A DNA stretch of 51,191 bases from Bdellovibrionota bacterium FG-2 (GTDB taxonomy: Bacteria; Bdellovibrionota; UBA1018), in assembly GCA_051382305.1 (NCBI GenBank), contig JBBCAV010000280.1, forward strand, positions 1-51,191, written 5' to 3'. The notes under the pieces were generated by a model. It had not been told where the DNA came from, did no database searches, and was given only the letters and a program-made list of their open reading frames with translations. Position numbers and translations under genes: made by a program. Below are positions 48,127-51,191 of the stretch, one piece after another (the stretch's first letter is position 1; each line of letters starts with the position of its first letter).

Positions 48127-49692
48127 TCAAGGAGCTACCTGCGAGGTGTAAGTAAGTACCCCATAATCGCGCTCAAATTCGGCCCGGCTACGATAAAGTT
48201 TACGACCCTTAAACTGACCGTGATCTAGATGACGATCACGAAAGCGCTGAAAAACGCCCCGTTCGATGCAGACCACTTTGGACATCGAATACCCAAAATC
48301 ATCCAATCGAAGTTCTTGATAAACGGGGTTGTGAGTACAAAGCGCACGATCCAATCGATCGGCAAAACTTGGATCATTCCAGTGGCCGTCTGTCGCTTGC
48401 CCCTTGCCCGCTTGCCCCTTAAAAGACACGCCCCAAACCAACCGATTGGGCCGCCCCTCCTCAATCCAAATCGCATAGTCTTCAATGGCGCCCCCTGGGC
48501 CACCCTCAAGATCCCCCATCACCTTCTCAAGTTGATCCGGCGTAATTTTCTCCCCGGCTACCGATAGTTCCTCGCGCTCGCGGCCCGCGACGCGAAAACA
48601 AATCGGAGAGTCCGAAAGTACTTCGATCACATCCCCCATTCGGTAGTTCACAAGTCCACCGGGAGTCGTCACGAAAAACACATAGCGTTTGCCTTTTCCA
48701 AGTTCGTGCATCTGCAAATAGGGCCCGCTTGACGTCTCACCATCAGAACCAAGTTCCAAAAACTGATAGAAATTCTCAAACGGATTAAACACCATTCCCG
48801 GCCAATCCGAATGAAACGTGTGCCCAAATTGCCCCTCGGTTGCAGCATAAAGCTCTACAAAAGAAGGATCGACGCCCCACATTTGTGCAAAATCTTTTTT
48901 CCCACGCGGTGACAAGGTCACGCCGCCAAAAACCAGCGCGCCCAAATTGGGCCAACGCTCGACAAGCTGCTTAACCTTATACCTGGCAAGCGCCCGTTCT
49001 GAAAACGCTCCCACTAGCAGGGGCACGCCCGCAATCATTTGCACGTCTTCACACTCGCACTGCTCCAAAATACGTTCAAATTTTTCATCCCACTCCGGAA
49101 TATCCAAGATTTCCGGCGTAGGTAAAAGCCGCGAACGCATCATCCATGGAACCTTAGTCGCCATGATCCCGGAGACGTAACCCACGGGCAATCCATCCGA
49201 GGTCGTCTCCACTTTGGGCCGCGCTCCTAGGATCAAGTGTTTGCCTGAGAACAGGCGATCCCATTTTCCGGTCGTATGAAAAAACATGGCATTCATGAGA
49301 AGCGTCGAGCGTCGATAAGACGAAAAATACTCACGCGTCAGCGGCACACGCTTAGGCTCAGAAGTCGTGCCGGAGGTTTGGCCAAACGCCAGCACACGAG
49401 AGCGGCCAAAAACACCGGAGCCCTCGCCGCCCATTTTGTAGACCTTATTCAAATAGGATTTAAGGACTGTGGAATCCGTAAACGGCATGCGCCTCGCATC
49501 TTCTGGACCGCGCACCGCCGCGAGTCCAAAGCTCTGCCCCACTTCACTCCCGCCCAAACTCGAAACAAGGCGTGATATGGTCTGGGCTTGTTCTGCTCGA
49601 GGATCCATGCAGGCCCGCTCTAGACGCTTGGCAAGATGTGAAAAATAGGTTCTAGCTGCTGGCACCACCGCGGCGCTAATTGATGAAAACAT
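48127..49692 (-). CDS. GH3 auxin-responsive-family acyl-adenylate/amido ligase
   Basis: TSGTTSEPK, YAATEG, TTPGGLVNYRMGD and GRE motifs. Confidence 0.9.
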   Translation of the reverse strand: MFSSISAAVVPAARTYFSHLAKRLERACMDPRAEQAQTISRLVSSLGGSEVGQSFGLAAVRGPEDARRMPFTDSTVLKSYLNKVYKMGGEGSGVFGRSRVLAFGQTSGTTSEPKRVPLTREYFSSYRRSTLLMNAMFFHTTGKWDRLFSGKHLILGARPKVETTSDGLPVGYVSGIMATKVPWMMRSRLLPTPEILDIPEWDEKFERILEQCECEDVQMIAGVPLLVGAFSERALARYKVKQLVERWPNLGALVFGGVTLSPRGKKDFAQMWGVDPSFVELYAATEGQFGHTFHSDWPGMVFNPFENFYQFLELGSDGETSSGPYLQMHELGKGKRYVFFVTTPGGLVNYRMGDVIEVLSDSPICFRVAGREREELSVAGEKITPDQLEKVMGDLEGGPGGAIEDYAIWIEEGRPNRLVWGVSFKGQAGKGQATDGHWNDPSFADRLDRALCTHNPVYQELRLDDFGYSMSKVVCIERGVFQRFRDRHLDHGQFKGRKLYRSRAEFERDYGVLTYTSQVAP

Positions 49693-49741
49693 ATTGGAAA
49701 ACCCCTAGCATACCGCCCATTTTCCGGCTATAAACTTAAGT

Positions 49742-51191
49742 ATGGACACCAAACTTAGACCCGATGAACTGCTAAAGAACCCTGAATTTTCAAAGGCTCA
49801 TTATATCGGATTTCGCGAAGTCTGTGAAACTTCAACGATTCGTGCGGCACGCGATGGCAAGCCTGAAGCCAACGAAACCTGGCAATCTCACGGAATGATG
49901 GTCGAGGTCTTGGTCCAGGGTCAGTTTGGCTATGCGGCAACACCCAACCTAAGCCTCGAGGCTGTCACGCAAGCAACTCAAAAGGCTTACACTCAGGCCT
50001 TGCTTGCGTCCAAATACAAAATCCACACTTTTACTCCCGATCAGAGACCCACGCTCAAAACCCAGTATTCCACACAATCCAAACGCGCCTTCTCAGAGAA
50101 ATCCGCAGGCGATCTCAACACGCTTCTCGTGAGCATCACCGAGCGCATTAAAAAATCCCCAAAAATCATTCGCGCGACCAGCTTTGTCCAAAACGTCGAA
50201 ACCGAAGTATGCTTAAGAGGTTCCAATGGCACGGAGGCCACACAGAATTTCAATTTCATGAGCATGGATTTTGAAGCCACCGCACAAGAAGGCTCACTCG
50301 TTCAAAAGCGCTCCGACGGTGGGATGCGTGGCCGCAGTTTCCAAGGAGGGTGGGAACATCTCGACACACCGGATCTTTGGGCGCGTGTGGACCAGGTAGC
50401 TGACCAGGCAATTGAATTACTAAGTGCGATCCCCTGCCCTTCCAAGAAAACCTCGCTCGTGATCATGCCTGATCAAATGATGCTGCAAATTCATGAAAGC
50501 ATCGGACATGCCCTGGAGCTTGATCGCATCTTAGGAGATGAGCGAAACTACGCGGGTTGCTCTTTTGTGAAACCTAGCGATTTTGGCACGCTTCAATATG
50601 GCTCACAACTCATGAACATCACGTTTGATCCGACCATTGGCCATGAATTTGCCTCTTATGCGTTTGACGACAATGGAGTGGCCGCGAAAAAAGAGTTTTT
50701 GATCAAAGAGGGCAAGCTCTTGCGGGGCTTAGGCGGGCTGGAAAGCCAAGCGCGCTCAGGATTGCCAGGCGTTGCCAATTCGAGGGCAAGCATGTGGAAC
50801 CGAGCTCCCATTGATCGTATGGCGAATCTGAATCTCGAACCGGGCAGCAGTTCATTTGAAGAAATCATCGCCTCCATTGAGCACGGCGTCCTCATGGAAG
50901 CCAATCGCTCGTGGTCGATTGATGATTTTCGGAACAAGTTTCAGTTTGGCTGCGAATACGCCAAGCTCATTGAAAATGGCAAAATCACCAAAACCCTGCG
51001 CGATCCTAATTATCGAGCCATCAGCGTGCCGTTTTGGAATTCCCTGACCCACGTCGGAAATGCTGTCACCTTTGGCGTGTATGGCACCCCGAATTGCGGC
51101 AAGGGCGAGCCCAATCAAGTGATTCGCGTGGGGCACGCCTCTCCTGTTTGTCATTTTAAGAATATTGAAGTTTTTGGAGGTGCCAACTCAT
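49742..51191 (+). CDS. tldD: TldD/PmbA-family metalloprotease TldD (stop codon beyond window; absent from ORF track)
   Basis: MDTKLRPDE...GQFGYAAT...QMMLQIHESIGHALELDRILGDERNYAG...PIDRMANL...CGKGEPNQ..VGHASP..F..IEVFGG. Confidence 0.93.
   Translation, partial: MDTKLRPDELLKNPEFSKAHYIGFREVCETSTIRAARDGKPEANETWQSHGMMVEVLVQGQFGYAATPNLSLEAVTQATQKAYTQALLASKYKIHTFTPDQRPTLKTQYSTQSKRAFSEKSAGDLNTLLVSITERIKKSPKIIRATSFVQNVETEVCLRGSNGTEATQNFNFMSMDFEATAQEGSLVQKRSDGGMRGRSFQGGWEHLDTPDLWARVDQVADQAIELLSAIPCPSKKTSLVIMPDQMMLQIHESIGHALELDRILGDERNYAGCSFVKPSDFGTLQYGSQLMNITFDPTIGHEFASYAFDDNGVAAKKEFLIKEGKLLRGLGGLESQARSGLPGVANSRASMWNRAPIDRMANLNLEPGSSSFEEIIASIEHGVLMEANRSWSIDDFRNKFQFGCEYAKLIENGKITKTLRDPNYRAISVPFWNSLTHVGNAVTFGVYGTPNCGKGEPNQVIRVGHASPVCHFKNIEVFGGANS

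Noticed and set aside
48096..48155. Possible stop-codon readthrough after 47040..48098
   Set aside because: Only a short open stretch overlapping the GH3 3' end; no evidence of recoding elsewhere in the window
50041..51154. Small ORFs listed in the track at the right end
   Set aside because: Explained as shadows of tldD (49742 to beyond 51191), which the track missed because its stop is outside the window
1..51191. CRISPR array, tRNA/rRNA, riboswitch, IS or prophage
   Set aside because: No spaced repeats, RNA gene signatures, transposase or phage genes were recognised by eye; an Infernal/Rfam scan of intergenic regions would be needed to exclude small RNAs

Overview
51 kb of compact bacterial chromosome. 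It probably comes from a Bdellovibrionota/Oligoflexia-like organism; this is inferred from the gene families, the RxPAS-type motifs and the N-terminally extended HNH family, not from a database search. No rRNA, tRNA, CRISPR array, transposase or prophage was seen. In order, the window holds: (1) two tandem paralogous lipoproteins, each with a canonical sigma-54 promoter and a TGTC-N9-GACA palindrome; (2) a TPR / FecR-like / OM beta-barrel / aminopeptidase operon; (3) a ParE/RelE toxin-antitoxin pair; (4) a Cys-rich lipoprotein divergent from a CHASE2 adenylate cyclase - SH3 - M48 peptidase - FadL-like porin operon; (5) argS with a degenerate HIGH motif and a 12-bp tandem repeat; (6) a lipid-carrier glycosylation island with three GT-C-like membrane proteins, a PpgS/GacI-like GT2 plus DUF2304 partner, an inverted CE4 deacetylase, a FemAB-like GNAT and an FAD oxidoreductase, but no exosortase; (7) sdhCAB, a pseudo-receiver-CheX fusion, a metzincin lipoprotein, a metallophosphoesterase, ferredoxin, a small basic protein, mrp and folE; (8) divergent acnB and acnA separated by a GNAT remnant and an HNH gene; (9) an MCP-CZB, ChaN, a frameshifted Tat-lipoprotein FAD oxidoreductase, a chimeric MCP/ATPase remnant, a GH3-family ligase, and tldD running off the right edge. 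The best candidates for under-described systems are the glycosylation island, the cyclase-SH3-M48-FadL module and the sigma-54 lipoprotein pair.
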